Assembly: GCF_049667325.1 (NCBI RefSeq)
Contig: NZ_JBATHY010000032.1
Location: 1 to 46,057 of the forward strand
Direction: 5' to 3'
Length of the DNA: 46,057 nt
Origin: Parasphingorhabdus sp.
Lineage (GTDB): Bacteria > Pseudomonadota > Alphaproteobacteria > Sphingomonadales > Sphingomonadaceae
Shown: positions 44,377 through 46,057 of the stretch, one piece after another
How positions within the stretch are numbered: position 1 is the first letter of the stretch
How the letters are laid out: every line of letters begins with the position of its first letter
Program-made: the position numbers and the translations under genes
The notes under the pieces: generated by a model
What the model was told of the DNA's origin: nothing
The model's database searches: none
The model's input: only the letters and a program-made list of their open reading frames with translations

Positions 44377-45477
44377 TTAAACCGCAATCTGGTAATCCGC
44401 GCGATTCTCGACCTGCCAGTTGATATTATGCTTGCGCATCTTGTCGATCAGCGTGGTCCGTTTGATATTTATCGAGCGCGCTGCCCTGGAAACCACACCA
44501 TGCGAAGTATCCAATGCTTTCATGATGATACGACGTTCTTCGAATTGAAGATGTACGTTCAGATCTCGAACATTGTCTTCTTGATGTCCCAAATACCGGC
44601 TGGGTGTAGTAACAAATCCAGGAGCAGTATGAGCGGGAGGCGACAATTCCGTCGGCGCAGATACGCCAGCATCGACGACGTGTTTGGCTGGCGTGATATC
44701 GGATTGCACCAATGTGGCAACGTCTCCGGCTAAAATCTGTCGGCCAGCAAAGAAAACCGACGCGCGTTCAACGACGTTGCGCAGCTCACGCACATTGCCC
44801 GGCCAATCATAAACTTGCATCGCCGCCAGGGCCTCTCCAGTAAAGATCGGGAGAGGGTTTCCAACACTCTGATTTTTAAGAAAATGTGCAATCAATGCAG
44901 GAATATCCTCTGCTCGCTCGTTGAGTGCAGGTACCTCGATCGGAACAACACAAAGGCGATAGTAAAGATCCTCACGGAACGACTTGGTCTTGATGCATTC
45001 GCCGAGATGTTTGTGTGTCGCGGCGATCACTCTAACGTCGACACCGATGTTGCGATTGCCGCCAACACGGTTGACAATCCGCGTTTCCAGCACCCGCAGC
45101 AGCTTGACCTGCATATTGACGGGCATATCGCCGATCTCATCCAGAAAAATCGTGCCTTTATCCGCTTGCTCAAACAGGCCAACATGTTGGTTTACGGCGC
45201 CGGTAAAGCTGCCTTTTTCGTGACCGAAAAGCTCGGACTCAATCAAATGCTCGGGGAGTGCTCCGCAATTGACGGCGATATTGGCTGCGTTTCCGCGATC
45301 TGAAATAGAGTGGATGGCCTCGGCAACAACTTCCTTACCGCTACCGGAAGGGCCCGTGATCATGATCGAGCTGTTGCAGCGTCCGGCAAATTTGATGATG
45401 GTACGCAATTGTTGCATTTTTGGACTATCGCCGATCAGCTTTTCAGCAAGCAATGTCTCTAAATTTACATCGGTCAT
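44377..45477 (-). CDS. fleQ: FleQ/FlrA-like sigma54 activator without an N-terminal regulatory domain
   Basis: GPSGSGKE; ESELFGHEKGSFTGA; FLDEIGDMP..MQVKLLRVL; HTH GVVSRAARSINIKRTTLIDKMRK of FleQ type. Confidence 0.8.
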   Translation of the reverse strand: MTDVNLETLLAEKLIGDSPKMQQLRTIIKFAGRCNSSIMITGPSGSGKEVVAEAIHSISDRGNAANIAVNCGALPEHLIESELFGHEKGSFTGAVNQHVGLFEQADKGTIFLDEIGDMPVNMQVKLLRVLETRIVNRVGGNRNIGVDVRVIAATHKHLGECIKTKSFREDLYYRLCVVPIEVPALNERAEDIPALIAHFLKNQSVGNPLPIFTGEALAAMQVYDWPGNVRELRNVVERASVFFAGRQILAGDVATLVQSDITPAKHVVDAGVSAPTELSPPAHTAPGFVTTPSRYLGHQEDNVRDLNVHLQFEERRIIMKALDTSHGVVSRAARSINIKRTTLIDKMRKHNINWQVENRADYQIAV

Positions 45478-45592
45478 TAAACCACCCAGATAACAAATCC
45501 ACACACAACCCCGAATTGCCGGGGAAGGGTGGTTCGAAGATCCCGCAATCTCCGAACCGTCACCTGGTAACGTCAGAAATGGACAAATATGG

Positions 45593-45608
45593 TTAAATAT
45601 GGGTTAAC
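45593..45608. promoter_or_regulatory. CtrA binding site TTAA-N7-TTAAC upstream of the FleQ-like gene
   Basis: TTAAATATGGGTTAAC, about 115 nt upstream of the ATG. Confidence 0.7.
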
Positions 45609-45862
45609 GAAGTGACGTCAGATTCATGCAGCTTAATTTCGCTGTAATTTGTGCAAGCGACAAGTCAGGCGGCCATTGTCGCTGTGTTCGGATGGGGAAT
45701 TAGGGACATCGCTGTCGGGCGGTGATAGCGATCGACATTCCCGCGTTTGGCACAGGATCGGCCGCAGGTTATGGCGCGGTTCGACCGGCATTATCCAAAA
45801 TTTGCGGATTGAACAGTTTTCGATTTCCCGGTTAGCCTGGGTGCACACCCGGAGCGCGGAGC

Positions 45863-46057
45863 TCAAAACGGCGCTTGGGAAAGGAGACTTTCTATCTTGC
45901 TCATACTACCGGCCGAAACCGAAACGAATATCATGCGATTGTCGGCAGGATTAGGGGATTTTTCAATCAAGCCCTGCTCGACCATAACGTTTATATATCT
46001 CATCGCAGTTGTCATCGGGATACCGGAACTATGCGCTATGGCTGAAACCGTCACCCG
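45863..46057 (-). CDS. 3' part of a MarR-like winged-helix protein (begins beyond the window)
   Basis: VSAIAHSSGIPMTTAMRYI..MVEQGLIEK..NPADNRMIFV. Confidence 0.8.
   Translation of the reverse strand, partial: RVTVSAIAHSSGIPMTTAMRYINVMVEQGLIEKSPNPADNRMIFVSVSAGSMSKIESLLSQAPF

Noticed and set aside
45633..45954. Short ORFs between fleQ and the wHTH gene
   Set aside because: No motifs; they overlap the wHTH gene or the fleQ regulatory region
1..46057. CRISPR array, tRNA/rRNA, prophage or integrase
   Set aside because: No regularly spaced repeats, RNA gene signatures or recombinase motifs seen

Overview
Alphaproteobacterial DNA, most likely Sphingomonadales (inferred from gene content and protein style). 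About 35 kb (10980-45477) is a near-complete flagellar supercluster with gammaproteobacterial-type regulation. It contains motBA, flgL-B, a second small MotA/MotB-like pair, flgA-flgM-(flgN), a lytic transglycosylase, flhA, fliA, one short fliC, a FleR/FlrC-like sigma54 activator, fliE-R, flhB, fliDS and a FleQ-like activator. A full regulatory cascade can be read from the DNA: a CtrA box before fleQ, three phased GTC-N8-GAC boxes, GGCA-N6-TGCC boxes, four sigma54 promoters, and about ten variant sigma28-type promoters (TTAA-N14/15-NCCGTNNN). The left 10.5 kb is accessory. It holds a response regulator with a CHASE hybrid kinase, sthA with a diguanylate cyclase, and an uncharacterised cassette. 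The cassette encodes a membrane-anchored LuxR-HTH, a 112-aa helical protein, a ~5-TM protein, an overlapping RadC/JAB metalloprotein, two HTH proteins and a small exported protein. It is bracketed by two paralogous 55-aa microproteins missing from the ORF track, and is the best candidate for an undescribed system. No rRNA, tRNA, CRISPR array or intact mobile element was recognised. All assignments are by eye; no database searches were run.
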